A stretch of DNA of 64,000 nt from Planctomycetia bacterium (lineage in GTDB: Bacteria > Planctomycetota > Planctomycetia > Pirellulales > UBA1268). The notes under the pieces are model-generated. The model had not been told where the DNA came from. It did no database searches and saw only the letters and a program-made list of their open reading frames with translations. Positions 36,296 through 47,000 of the stretch are shown here, piece after piece. The first letter of the stretch is position 1, and each line of letters starts with the position of its first letter. The position numbers and the translations under genes were made by a program. The stretch spans positions 50,170 to 114,169 of the forward strand of contig JBAXUY010000002.1 of the NCBI GenBank assembly GCA_037129475.1, read 5' to 3'.

Positions 36296-37450
36296 ATGAA
36301 CGCTCCCCGCCATGCCTACGTGCACGTCCCGTTCTGTCGCCACCGGTGCGGCTATTGCGATTTCACGCTCGTGGCGGGGCGAGACGATCTGATCGAGCGG
36401 TATTTCGCGGCGCTCGCGATCGAAATCGAGCGAATCTCGAATGTGCCCGACGCGACGTCTGCTTCGGCGTGTCTGGAGCTAGACACGCTCTATCTTGGCG
36501 GCGGCACGCCTTCGCATCTCGGGCCCGACGGTCTACGGAAGCTCTTTGCATTGCTGCGCGAGCGGCTCGTGCCTGCCGCAGGGGCGGAGGTGACCGTGGA
36601 GGCGAATCCACTCGATGTGACCGGCGACTTCGTAACCGCCTGTCGCGATCTCGGCGTTACGCGCGTGAGTCTCGGGGGGCAGTCGCTCGATGCCGCCACG
36701 CTCCGGGCGCTCGACCGCGATCATGCGCCCGCCGACGTGCAGGGGGCCGTGAGCCGGCTGATCGACGCCGGCCTCGTCGTGAGCCTCGACCTGATGACGG
36801 CCGCGCCGGGGCAGACGCTCGCCGGGGCGGAAGGCGATCTGGCTGCCGCGGCTGCGCTCGACGTACAGCATGTGTCGGTCTACTGCCTCACGTGGGAGCA
36901 GGGGACGGCGTTCGAGTCGGCGCGGCGGCGGGGTGACCTCGTGCCGGCAGAGGAGTCGCTCGAGCGGGCAATGTTCGAGACGGCGATCGATCGGCTCGAG
37001 GCCGCCGGCTTCGAGCACTACGAGGTGAGCAACTTCGCCCGTTCGGGCTTCCGCTGCCGGCACAACGAGGCCTACTGGGACTGCCGGCCGTGGGAGGCGT
37101 TTGGCCCGGGAGCGGCCCGCTTCGACGGCCGGACGCGGATCACGAACCATCGCAGCACGACGACCTGGATCGCGAAGACGCTCGCGGGGGAGGATGCGAC
37201 GGGCGAGATCGACGCGATGACCGCCGAACAGGCGGCCCGGGAGCGGATCGTGGTGGGGTTGCGCCGCCGCGATGGCATCGACCGCGAGGCCTTTCACGCG
37301 GTGAGCGGGTTCGACCTCGACGTGCTGGCCGGACCGGCGATCGCCCGCTGGGTGGAGCGAGGGCTGGCGACCGACGATGGCGCGCGCGTGCGGCTCACGC
37401 GGGCGGGGCTGCTCGTGTCCGACGCGCTGTGGGCCGACGTGCTCACGTAG
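36296..37450 (+). CDS. hemW: Radical SAM heme chaperone HemW (oxygen-independent coproporphyrinogen oxidase-like)
   Basis: YVHVPFCRHRCGYCDF (CxxxCxxC) ... LYLGGGTPS ... EANP ... RVSLGGQS ... YEVSNFAR...CRHNEAYW. Confidence 0.9.
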   Translation: MNAPRHAYVHVPFCRHRCGYCDFTLVAGRDDLIERYFAALAIEIERISNVPDATSASACLELDTLYLGGGTPSHLGPDGLRKLFALLRERLVPAAGAEVTVEANPLDVTGDFVTACRDLGVTRVSLGGQSLDAATLRALDRDHAPADVQGAVSRLIDAGLVVSLDLMTAAPGQTLAGAEGDLAAAAALDVQHVSVYCLTWEQGTAFESARRRGDLVPAEESLERAMFETAIDRLEAAGFEHYEVSNFARSGFRCRHNEAYWDCRPWEAFGPGAARFDGRTRITNHRSTTTWIAKTLAGEDATGEIDAMTAEQAARERIVVGLRRRDGIDREAFHAVSGFDLDVLAGPAIARWVERGLATDDGARVRLTRAGLLVSDALWADVLT

Positions 37451-40400
37451 GGACGGAGCTCCAGCTCTGTCCTCCGACAGGCCTGGAGGCCCGTCGCTGC
37501 GCCCGGCGTCGCCGGGCCGCCCACGCCGCACAGGCTGCTCCGATTCCGACGAGCACGATCGTGGCCGGCTCGGGCACCACGATGATGTCGAGCGACGTGC
37601 CGCTTGCACCCACGCGCACGTAGACGTCCTTGCTTGGCAGAGCGGTGCCGCTCCAGCCGCCGGTGCCGTTCGTACCGCTGAGATTGATCGTGAACAGGCT
37701 CGTCAGGTTCATGCCCGCCGTGGCCGAGCCGAAGCCACCGGGCAGCACGAGGCTCGACAGGCTGTCGAAGCGAACGATCGGGAACACATACTGAGTGTTC
37801 GCGACGAAGTTCTGCGGCGCACCGTTCACGTCCGGTCCCGTCGAGGAGAGCGTCCAGAGGTTGAGGTTGAACGTGGACGAGTTCGACAGCCCTGACAGGT
37901 CGAGCGTGCCGCCCGTGCCGACCTGGATCAGGTCCCAGCCATTCACGTTGCCGGCGGTGCCCGAGACATCGAACAACTGCCAGTTGTAATTGCCGCCGGC
38001 CGCAAACACGGCGCCCGCACTCGTGATCGTGCCGGGCGAGTTGCCCGGCGTGATCGTGCCGCCGCTGCCCACCGTGATCGTGCCCACCGTGCCGCTGCCG
38101 GCGAGGATCGCCCCCGCGTTGATGTCGACCGCCGAGGCGAGGCTCGCGCCGGACTGCACGAACACCGTACCGGCATTGATGTCGAGCGGCCCGGTGAACG
38201 TGCTCGCTCCGGTGAACCTCACGAGGCCCGCACCGTTCTTGGCGAGCGTCCGCCCCGAGCCGGTCTCGCCGAGCGACGCGATCGTGACGTTGGTCACGGC
38301 GTTGATCGCCGAGTTGGCGGTGAGCGTGCCCGAGCCGGTGAAGGTAAAGGCGCCGTTCTCGGTCTCGTTGCCGATCGCCACACTGCCACCGAGCGACCAG
38401 GGGGTCGAGATGGTGCGTGCATCGGTGCCCGTGCTCGACAGCGTGCCGCCGTTGAGGGCGGCGGCCAAGCCGAGGGCGGCGTCGGCGCCGATCCGGATTC
38501 GGCCCGCGGAGAGCGTCGTCCCGGCCTGCGAGTTGGGAGTCGTGAGCGTGAGCGTCGCGGCCCCCGCCTTGGTGAGCGTGTAGCCGCTCACGGCGTTCAT
38601 CGAGACGTCACTGTCGAGCGTGACCGTGCTCGCGGCGAGCAGCTGGACGCCGTTGGAGAACGAGAGCAGGCCCGAGTCGGTCGTGTCGCCGAGCGTCGTG
38701 CTGCCGTTCAGGGCGACGAGATTCGCGAGGTCGCGGGGCGCGGTGCCGGTGCTCGAGAGCCGGCCGCCGGCGAGCGTGACGGTGCCGGCCGTGCCGAGCG
38801 CGTTGTCGGCGCCCAGCCGCAGCCGGCCCTCGGTGAGCGTCGTGCCGCCGGAGTAGCTGCTCGCGGCGGTGAGCGTGAGCGTGCCCGCGCCCGCCTTCGT
38901 GAGCGAGTACGTGCTGCCGGCGGCCTGGGTGATCTGGCCCATCTGTACCTCGCTCAGGAGCGCGAGGGTGCTGCTTGAGAGCAGCGTCGAGGTGCCGGTG
39001 AACGCGAGCGGGCCGTTGTCGACCGTGTCGCCGAGCGTCGAGCTCCCGTTGAGCGTCATGGCGTTGGCGATCGTGCGGGTGGCCGAGCCGGTGCCGGAGA
39101 GCGTGCCGCCGGCGAGCGACACGGTGCCGGTGCTCAAGGCGCCGTCGTTGCCCGCCCGTACGCGGCCCGCGGCGAGGATCGTGTTGCCGTGGGTGTTGGA
39201 GCCCGTCAGCGTGAGCGTGCCCGTGCCCGACTTCGTGAACGCCTGGCTCGTGCCGGCGAGCTTGGCCATCGTCACGTCGCTCACGAAGCTCACCGTCGAG
39301 GTCGTGGTGAGCGTCGTCGTGCCGGTGAACGCGAGGGGCGCGATGTCGGTGGCGTCCCCGAACGTGGCCAGGCCCGTGAGCGACACGGCGTTGCCGATCG
39401 TGCGGGCCGCGGAGCCCGTGCCAGACAGGATGCCGCCGGTGGTGAGCGTGAGCGTGCCGGTGGCGCCGAGGGCGTAGTCGTCGCCGAGCTGGAGCCGGCC
39501 CGCGTTCACGGTCGTGTTGCCGTAGGCGTTGGAGCCGGTGAGCGTGAGCGAGCCGGTGCCGCTCTTCGTGAGGGCGAACGTGCTGCCCGAGGTCTGGGTG
39601 AGCGAACCGATCGTCACGTTGCTCAGGGCGCCGATCGTGGAGCTGGCGACGAGCCGGAGCTGGTTGAGCGTCAGGTCGCCCGTGTCGGCGGCGTCGCCGA
39701 GCGTCACCGAGCCGGTGAGCGTGACCTGGTTGGCGATCGTCCGGGCGGCGGCGCCGTCGCTCGACAGGGCCCCGGTGGTGAGCGCGACCGTGCCAGACGA
39801 GCCGAAGGCGGCGTCGCTGGCGACGCGGATCCGGCCGGCGGTGAGCGTGGTGTTGCCGTAGTCGCCGGTGCCGGTGAGCGTGAGCGCGGCCGTGCCGGCC
39901 TTCGTCAGGTTGAAGCCCTGCCCCGCGATCGGGCCCATCGTCACGCTGCTGGCGATGCCCACCGTGGAGCTGGCGAGCAGGGTCGTCGTGCCGGTGAGGG
40001 CGAGCGTGCCGGAGTCGGTCGTATTCCCGAGCGTCACGCTGCCGCTTTGGATCGTGATCGCATTGGCGATCGAGCGGGCGACCGTGCCGGTGCCGGAGAG
40101 CGTGGTGCCGGCGGCGAGCGAGAGCGTGCCGGAGCCGAGGGCCGTGTCGCTGCCGAGCCGGAGAATGCCCGTGCTCAAGATCGTGTTTCCGTAGTTGCCG
40201 GAGCCGATGAGCGTGAGCGTGGCTGAACCGCTCTTCGTGAGGTCGAATCCGGCAGACGTGCCCGTGACGTTCGCGAGCGTGACGCCGCTCAACACCGTGA
40301 GCGTCCGGCTGCCGGTGAGCGTGGACGTGCCGGCGAACGTGAGGGCCGCCGTGTCGGTGGCCGCACCGAGTGTCACGTTGCCGTCGAACACGACCGGCCG

Positions 40401-43400
40401 GGAGATCGTGCGGGCGGTCGTGCCGGTGCCCGTCACCGTGACGCCCCCCGCGAACGTCGCCGTGCCGGTCGTGCCGAGCGCGTTGTCGTTGCCGAGACGG
40501 AGCACGCCGGCATTCACCACCGTGTTGCCGTAGGCATTGGAGGCGGAGAGCGTGAGCGTGCCGTTGCCCGCCTTCGTGAGCGCGTTCGAGCCGCCCGAGA
40601 CGGCGCCCGAGAGCGTCACGCTGCTCGACACCGTGAGCGTACGGTCGGCCGAGAACGAGGTCGTGCTCGAGAACGTGAGCGGCGCGGTGTCGCCCGAGGC
40701 GGCGCCGAGCGTGGCATTGCCGGCGAGCACGAGCGGCCGGGCGACGATGAGGGCGGTGGCGCCCGTGCCGGTGAGCGTGACGCCCTGGTTGAGCGTGACG
40801 GTTCCGGAACCGCCGAGGGACGTCGCATTGCCGATCCGTACCGTGCCTTCAGCGATCGTGGTGCCCGCCTGCCCGCCCGTCCCCGTGATCGTGAGCGTGC
40901 CCAGGCCCGCCTTCGTGAACAGGTACGTTCCGGAGACGACGTTCATCGTGGCGTTGCTCGCGAACGTCACCGTGCTCGCGGCGGTGAGCGTCGAGGTGCC
41001 CGTGAAGGAGAGCGCGCCGTTGTTGGTCGCGTCGCCGACCGTGACGGTGCCGCCGAGCGACACGGGGTTGGCGACCGAGCGGGCCGTGGCCCCGTCGCTC
41101 GAAAGCGTGCCGCCCGCGAGCGTCACCGCGCCGGTGCTGCCGAGGGCGAAGTCGCCGCCGAGCAGGATCCGGCCGGCTGAGAGCGTCGTGCCGCCGTAGG
41201 AGTTCGACCCGGAGAGCGTGAGCGTGCCGGCGCCGGCCTTCGTGAGCGTGCGGCTCGTGCCGTCGTTGCCGATGTTGCCCGAGAACACCACGTCGCTCGG
41301 CAGCGTGATCGTGGCGTTGGCCGTCATCGTCGCCGGGCCGGTGAACGAGAGCGTGGCGTTGTCGGTCGTGTCGCCGAGGGTCACGCTGCCGGCGAGGCCG
41401 ACCGAGTTGCCGAACGACCGCGGGTCGGAGCCGACGCCGGAGAGCGTGCCGCTCGTGAGCGTGAGCGTGCCCGAGCCGAAGGCGGTGTTCGAGCCCGCGC
41501 GAACCTCGCCGGCCGCGAGCGTGAAGCCGCCCGTGAAGGTGTTGCCGCCGTTGATCGTGAGCGAGCCGGCCCCCGACTTCGAGAGGCCGAGCCCGCCCGA
41601 GAGCGTGCCCGACAGGACGGCGTCGCTCGCCGCGACGAGCGACTGCACGCCCGAGCCGGTGCCGTTGCCGGAGAGCGTGAGCGTGCCCGAGTTGACGGCG
41701 TCGCCGAGCGTCGTGGTGGCCGAGATCACGAAGTCGTTGGCGAGCGTGCGGGCGGTCGTGCCGTCGCTCGTGAGGCCGCCGCCGGCGAACGTCACCGTGC
41801 CCGACCCGAGCGGGCTGTCGGCCCCGAGCTGGAGCAGGCCGCCCTGCACGTTCACGGCGCCGCTGCCGCTGCTCGTGCCGCTGGCGAGCAGCGTGCCCGA
41901 GGCGAGCGTCGTGGGGCCGCCGTAGGTGTTGGTGCCCGAGAGCACGAGCAGGCCCGCGCCCGTCTTCGTGAAGCCGTTCGCGTCACCAGTGCCGCTGCCG
42001 ATGGGGCCGGAGAGCCTCACGGTGCCGTCGTTGGAAATCGTGGTGGTCGTGACGAGCGTCGTCGGCCCGGCGAACGTGAGGCTGCCGGTCGAGGTGCCGC
42101 CGAGCGTGACGGGGCCCTCCACGCGAAACTCGCCGCCGTAGGTGCGGGCCCCCGCGTCGGTGCTCTGGATCACGACGGTGCCGGTGGAGCCCGAGAGCGC
42201 CGTGCCCTTCGCGGTGAGCGAGCCGGCCACGCCGCCGAGCACGTTCGACCCGGGGCCGATCGCGAGCACGCCCTGCTGGATCTCGGTGCCGCCGACGTAG
42301 GTGTTGGCGGTGTTGGTCATCGTGAGCACCTGGCTCGCATCGGAGCCGCTGAAGACGAGCTTCAGGCTGCCGGCGGAACCCGAGTCGGTGAACGTGGGCG
42401 TGAGCGTGCCGCCGGCGGTGAGCGTGAGCGTGCTCGCGGAGCCACTCGAGTTGGTGACGATGCCCGTGCCGCTCACCGATTCGAACGAGTCGGAGTAGCC
42501 GGCGAGGTCGAACGTGCCGGAGAGGCCGCTCACGCCCGTGAGGATCTGGTTCGACGCCCCGAGCTTCACGGTCGCGCCGGCCGCCACGGAGGCGATCGCG
42601 TCGGTCTGGCCGGCCCTGGTGCTCGAGAGCACGAGCGTGCCGCCCTTCACCGTCCAGTCGGTTTCCACGGCATTCGTCGACGAGCCGGAGAATTCGACCG
42701 TGCCCCCGGTGACGCGGAGTTCCCCCGGAAGGTTCGCCGTGCCCGTCGTCCGGTTGATCGCGCCCGAGAGCGTGAGCCTGCTGCCCGGGGCGCTCGACAG
42801 TTCCACGATTCCGCCCGCCGTCTGGTAGACGGTGCCGGTGACCGTCTGATCGACGGGCGTGGAGAGTTGCAGCGTGCCGACGTTGCCCGAGTAACTCGAC
42901 GCCGTGAACTGGCCCGTCGGGGCGGGGGCCGTGGCCGAGAGCGACAGGACGAGCGTGCCATAGTCGACTTTCGTCGCACCCGAGTATGCGGCCGTGGCCG
43001 AGAGCGTTCCGGCACCGGTCTTGGAGAGACCACCTGAGCCGGTGATCGGCGTGGCGAAGTTCACCGTCTGGCCGTTGGTGTGGATGCTCGCCTGCTTGCC
43101 GCTGGCCACCGCGGCGAACTTGCCCGAGAGGTCGGTGTTCGTGCCGCTGTAGAAGAGCGTGCCGCCTTGGAAGTCGATTTCGTTGCCCGTGGCACCGGTC
43201 ACGTTCGCGAGCTGGTTGTCGTTCGAGAAGTCGAGATAGCCGGAGATGAGCGTGACGTCGCCCGTGAACGTGTTGGCCGAGCCGAGCCGGACGCGGCCGC
43301 CGCCGCCGTCGCCGCGGATCACGACCTGCGTGGGGTTCGTTCCGTCGGCGATCGCCGGGGCGAACGTGAGCACGCCCTGGCCGCCGCCGAGCCGGTAGGT

Positions 43401-44033
43401 CTGCGTGCCGCCCGCGTCGGTGTAGGGCGTGAACGATCCGTTGTAGGTGAGCGTGGAGGCCGAGCCAAGCGACAGGTTCGCGATGTTCGTGAGCCCGGCG
43501 TAGTCGCGTTTGTTGAAGTCGATCGTTTCGTTCGTGCTGCTCGCCGTGATCGCGAGGGCGCCGTTGGGGTTGTCGTTGATCCGGTTGCTGGCGAGCCATG
43601 AGGTGACGCTGCCGTAGGGGCCCGACGCGGAGAGGGCACCTCCGGAGAGGGTCACGTTGCCCTCCGCGGGGAACGCGGTGCCGGACGAGAACGTGACCAG
43701 ACCGTTGCCGATCACGGTGCCGCCGGAGTACGTGTTCGTGCCGGAGAGCGTGAGCGACGAGCCCCCCAGCTTCTGGAGCGTCGCGGAGCCCGACACCGGT
43801 CCTGAAATCGTGATCGAGTTGCCGGCGTTGATCGTGCGGGTGCCGGTGCCGGCGAGCGCGAACGGGCCGGTGAACGTGAGCCCGCCCGACACGCCGCTGC
43901 CTGTCGATCCGGCGGTGATGCTGCCGGACAGCGTCACGCCGTTGGCGATCGTGCGGTTCGAGCCGGTGGAGTAGATGTAGCCGCTCGAGAGCACGAGCGC
44001 GTCGGATCCGAGCGCGGCGTCGTTGCCGAGCAC
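37443..44033 (-). CDS. Giant autotransporter-associated beta-strand repeat protein, C-terminal portion with PEP-CTERM anchor (downstream part of a frameshifted gene)
   Basis: 2,196 aa ORF with no signal peptide and a GTG start inside repeat sequence. Dozens of units of the type LTKxGxGTLTLSGSNxYxGxTxxxxGxLxLG. C-terminus VVPEPATIVLVGIGAACAAWAARRRR is a PEP-CTERM motif. It is contiguous with the upstream ORF if one G is added at 44041..44048. Confidence 0.85.
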   Translation of the reverse strand: MLGNDAALGSDALVLSSGYIYSTGSNRTIANGVTLSGSITAGSTGSGVSGGLTFTGPFALAGTGTRTINAGNSITISGPVSGSATLQKLGGSSLTLSGTNTYSGGTVIGNGLVTFSSGTAFPAEGNVTLSGGALSASGPYGSVTSWLASNRINDNPNGALAITASSTNETIDFNKRDYAGLTNIANLSLGSASTLTYNGSFTPYTDAGGTQTYRLGGGQGVLTFAPAIADGTNPTQVVIRGDGGGGRVRLGSANTFTGDVTLISGYLDFSNDNQLANVTGATGNEIDFQGGTLFYSGTNTDLSGKFAAVASGKQASIHTNGQTVNFATPITGSGGLSKTGAGTLSATAAYSGATKVDYGTLVLSLSATAPAPTGQFTASSYSGNVGTLQLSTPVDQTVTGTVYQTAGGIVELSSAPGSRLTLSGAINRTTGTANLPGELRVTGGTVEFSGSSTNAVETDWTVKGGTLVLSSTRAGQTDAIASVAAGATVKLGASNQILTGVSGLSGTFDLAGYSDSFESVSGTGIVTNSSGSASTLTLTAGGTLTPTFTDSGSAGSLKLVFSGSDASQVLTMTNTANTYVGGTEIQQGVLAIGPGSNVLGGVAGSLTAKGTALSGSTGTVVIQSTDAGARTYGGEFRVEGPVTLGGTSTGSLTFAGPTTLVTTTTISNDGTVRLSGPIGSGTGDANGFTKTGAGLLVLSGTNTYGGPTTLASGTLLASGTSSGSGAVNVQGGLLQLGADSPLGSGTVTFAGGGLTSDGTTARTLANDFVISATTTLGDAVNSGTLTLSGNGTGSGVQSLVAASDAVLSGTLSGGLGLSKSGAGSLTINGGNTFTGGFTLAAGEVRAGSNTAFGSGTLTLTSGTLSGVGSDPRSFGNSVGLAGSVTLGDTTDNATLSFTGPATMTANATITLPSDVVFSGNIGNDGTSRTLTKAGAGTLTLSGSNSYGGTTLSAGRILLGGDFALGSTGAVTLAGGTLSSDGATARSVANPVSLGGTVTVGDATNNGALSFTGTSTLTAASTVTFASNATMNVVSGTYLFTKAGLGTLTITGTGGQAGTTIAEGTVRIGNATSLGGSGTVTLNQGVTLTGTGATALIVARPLVLAGNATLGAASGDTAPLTFSSTTSFSADRTLTVSSSVTLSGAVSGGSNALTKAGNGTLTLSASNAYGNTVVNAGVLRLGNDNALGTTGTATFAGGVTVTGTGTTARTISRPVVFDGNVTLGAATDTAALTFAGTSTLTGSRTLTVLSGVTLANVTGTSAGFDLTKSGSATLTLIGSGNYGNTILSTGILRLGSDTALGSGTLSLAAGTTLSGTGTVARSIANAITIQSGSVTLGNTTDSGTLALTGTTTLLASSTVGIASSVTMGPIAGQGFNLTKAGTAALTLTGTGDYGNTTLTAGRIRVASDAAFGSSGTVALTTGALSSDGAAARTIANQVTLTGSVTLGDAADTGDLTLNQLRLVASSTIGALSNVTIGSLTQTSGSTFALTKSGTGSLTLTGSNAYGNTTVNAGRLQLGDDYALGATGTLTLTTGGILSGTGSAARTIGNAVSLTGLATFGDATDIAPLAFTGTTTLTTTSTVSFVSDVTMAKLAGTSQAFTKSGTGTLTLTGSNTHGNTILAAGRVRAGNDGALSTGTVSLAGGTLSGTGSATRTIANAMTLNGSSTLGDTVDNGPLAFTGTSTLLSSSTLALLSEVQMGQITQAAGSTYSLTKAGAGTLTLTAASSYSGGTTLTEGRLRLGADNALGTAGTVTLAGGRLSSTGTAPRDLANLVALNGSTTLGDTTDSGLLSFSNGVQLLAASTVTLDSDVSMNAVSGYTLTKAGAATLTLTTPNSQAGTTLSAGRIRIGADAALGLAAALNGGTLSSTGTDARTISTPWSLGGSVAIGNETENGAFTFTGSGTLTANSAINAVTNVTIASLGETGSGRTLAKNGAGLVRFTGASTFTGPLDINAGTVFVQSGASLASAVDINAGAILAGSGTVGTITVGSGGTITPGNSPGTITSAGAVFAAGGNYNWQLFDVSGTAGNVNGWDLIQVGTGGTLDLSGLSNSSTFNLNLWTLSSTGPDVNGAPQNFVANTQYVFPIVRFDSLSSLVLPGGFGSATAGMNLTSLFTINLSGTNGTGGWSGTALPSKDVYVRVGASGTSLDIIVVPEPATIVLVGIGAACAAWAARRRRAQRRASRPVGGQSWSSVPT
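37447..37500 (+). repeat. REP-like two-hairpin element (copy e)
   Basis: GTAGGGACGGAGCT-CC-AGCTCTGTCC-TC-CGACAGGCCTGGAGGCCCGTCGCTGC. It contains the hemW TAG (37448..37450). On the other strand it is translated as the last 18 codons of the giant protein. Confidence 0.85.
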
Positions 44034-47000
44034 GAGCGAGCCCCCCCCTGCACGTTCGTCGTGCCGTTCTTACCAGCTCCGGCCGACGCACTGACGATGA
44101 GGGTGCCGGCTGACACGTTCGTGGTGCCGCTGTAGGTGTTGGCTCCGTTGAGCGTGAGCGTCGAGTTGCCGGCCTTCGTGAAGCCGTAGCTGCCGGTGAG
44201 CGGGCCCGTGAGCGTCACGTCGGCGCCGAGGGTGAGCGTGCGGTCGCCGGTGAGCACGCCCGTGCTGGAGAGCGTGAGGGCGGCGTTGTTCGTGCCGCTG
44301 CCGAACGTCGTGTTGCCGTCGAAGCTCACGCGCGAGTTGCCGAGCGCCTGGGCCACGGTGCCCGACGTGGCCAGCGTGCCGCCCCCGAGCGAGAGGGTGC
44401 CCGTGCCGAGAGCCGTGCCCGAGCCCACGAGCGTGGTGCCGGCGTTCAGCGACACCGGGCCGGAGTAGCCCGTGTTGGTGCCGGTGACGAGGAGCGTGCC
44501 GGCCCCGGCGTGCACGAACGTGCCGCTCCCGGCGAGCGTGGTGGCGAGCGTGGTCGTACCCGAGGCGGCCGTGGCGGTGCCCGAGGTGAACCGGAGCGTG
44601 CCGGTGTTCACGAGGTCGCCGGGGCCGGAGAGCGCGAGCGTGGTGACGGTGGTGTTGCCGGAGCCGGAGAACGTGCCGCCGGCGACCGTGAGGCTCGTGG
44701 CGGTGTTGGTGACCATGTTGGCGAACACGCCGCCGGCGTTGATCGTCACGTCGCCCGCGACGCCGTTGGTCGCGGAGTTGAGGAGCGTGCCCGAGCCGCT
44801 CACCGCGATCGCCCCGTTGAGCTTCGTGCCCGAGCCACTCACGGCGAGCGTGCCTTCGCTGACGGTGCCGCCGCCACCGAACGAACTCGTGCCGTTCAGG
44901 GTGAGCGTGCCGGTGCCTGTCTTCGTGAACGCGTTGCTGCCGGTGAGGCCGCGGGTGAAGAGCACGTCGCTGGCGAACGAGAGGGTGCCGCTGCCGACGA
45001 GCGAGCTCGTGCCGGTGAACGTGAGCGAGCCGGTGTTGACGGCGTCGCCGAGCGTCGAGTTGCCCGTGAACTGCACGGAGTTGTTGGCAATGCTGCGTGC
45101 CGTCGCCCCGTTGGAAGAGAGCTGGATCCCGCCGATCGAGAGGGCTCCGGTGCCGAAGGCCGTGCCCGTGGCGAGTTGCACGAGACCTGAACCGCCGAGC
45201 GTGGCGGTGCCCGAGTAGCCGGTGTTGGCCGTGTTCATCACGAGCGTGGCGCTGCCGCTGCGGTCGAAGCTGCTCGTGCCGCTGATCGGCGCGGTGAATG
45301 CGACCGTGCCACTGGTCGCCGTGACGTTGATCCCGTTCGTGGCCGTGATCGTGCCGGTGTTGAGCAGCGAGCCGCCGGCGCCCTGAACCTGGAGCCGGCC
45401 GACCGTCGTGCTCACGGTGGTCGCGAACGCGCCGCCGTCGAGCGTGACCGTGCCTGAGAGGGCATTCGCCCCAGCCGACGAATTCGTCAGTGTGCCGGAC
45501 GTGTTGACCAAGACGTTGCCAGTGAGCGTGGAAGAGGCGGCCAAGGTGAGCCCGCCACCAGTGATCGTCGTGCCACCAAAGCCGTTGGAGCCGCTCAGGG
45601 TGAGCGTGCCGGCCCCGGCCTTCGTGAAGGCGCCGGTGCCCGAGAGCCGGGTGAACGCGACGTCGCTCGCGAGCGTGAGCGTGCGGTCGCCGACGAGCGT
45701 GCCGGTGCCGGAGGCGAACGTGAGCGTGCCGGTGTTCACGGCGTCGCCGAGCATCGTGTCGGCGACGACCCGGATCTGCGTGTTGGCGAACGTGCGGGCC
45801 GTCGTGGAGTTCGACGAGAGCTGGGCGCCCTCGAGCGTGAGGAGGCCCGTGCCGAGCGAGGAGTTGTTGCCGGCCTGCACGAGTCCTGCGCTCCCGGTCG
45901 ACACGGTGGCCGTGTATGCGGCGAGGCTGCCGCTCATCACGAGCGTGCCGGTGCCGGTGCGGGTGAAGGAGCCGCTCGATCCGGACAGCGGCGCCGAGAA
46001 CGTGGTCGTGCCGCTCGCCGCCGTGACGTTGATCGCCGTGGCGGTGAGCGTGCCCGTGTTCGTCACCGCGCCGCCGCCGCCGCCGAGGGTGAGCGTGCCG
46101 AGCGAGGTGGCGCTCGCCCCGGTAAACGTGCCGCCATTCACCGTGACGTTGCCCGTGATGCCGTTGGCGACGCTGTTGGTGAGCGTGCCGGCCTTGAGCG
46201 TGACGGAGCCTGACACCGAGCCGCCCGCGCCGATCGTGAGGTTGCCCGCGCCGTCCTTCGTGAGCGTGCCGCCGTTGCCCAGCACGGAGTTGATCGCCGC
46301 GGCACCGGCGTTGTTGACCGCGTAGGAGCCGGCGGAGAGCGTGCCGGTGGAGACCGTGCCGCCCGTCAGCGAAAACGACGCGAGCGTCTGGGAGAAGCCG
46401 CCGAGGTCGAACGTGCCGCCCGACATCGAGAGCGTGCCGGTCGTCAGGAGCCTGTCGGCACCGCCGAGCTTGAGCGTGCCGGCGGAGATCGACGTCGAGC
46501 CGGTGTAGGTGTTGGCCGCGTTCAGGAGCAGGAGGCCGGCGCCGTTGTTCGCCAGCGACATCGATCCTGTGAGGACGCTGCCGATCGTGGCCGTGCCGGA
46601 GGCGAAGTTGGCCGTGAAGGGCCCGTTGACCGTGAGCGTGCCGCTCGTGATCGCGCTCGTGCCGCTCGTCACCGACCCCGAGGCGAGCGTCTGGGAGTTG
46701 CCCGCCCCGAGGTCGAACGTGCCGGCGCCCGTGATCGAGAGCGTGCCGGTGCTGGCCAGTACGTTGCTGCCCCCGAGTTTCAGCGTGCCGCCGGCGAGCG
46801 TGGTCGCGCCGGTGTAGGTGCTCGTGCCGTTGAGCAGGAGCGTGCCGGCGCCGCTCTTCGTGAGCCCGGCGGCACCGGCCAGTGTGGCATTCACCGTGGC
46901 CGTGCCCGTGGCGACGCTGGCGGAGAAGGAGCCCGTTGCGGTCAGCGTGCCGCTCGTGATCGTGCTCGTGCCGCTCGTGATGTTCAGGGCGGCAAGCTGC

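Noticed and set aside
43934-44056. Programmed ribosomal frameshifting as the explanation for the two giant ORFs.
   Set aside because: It cannot be excluded. However, restoring the frame needs a +1 nucleotide equivalent at a plain G8 run, with no obvious slippery heptamer or downstream stimulatory structure that I could see. DNA-level slippage or sequencing error is the simpler explanation, and it is kept as the main hypothesis in the findings.
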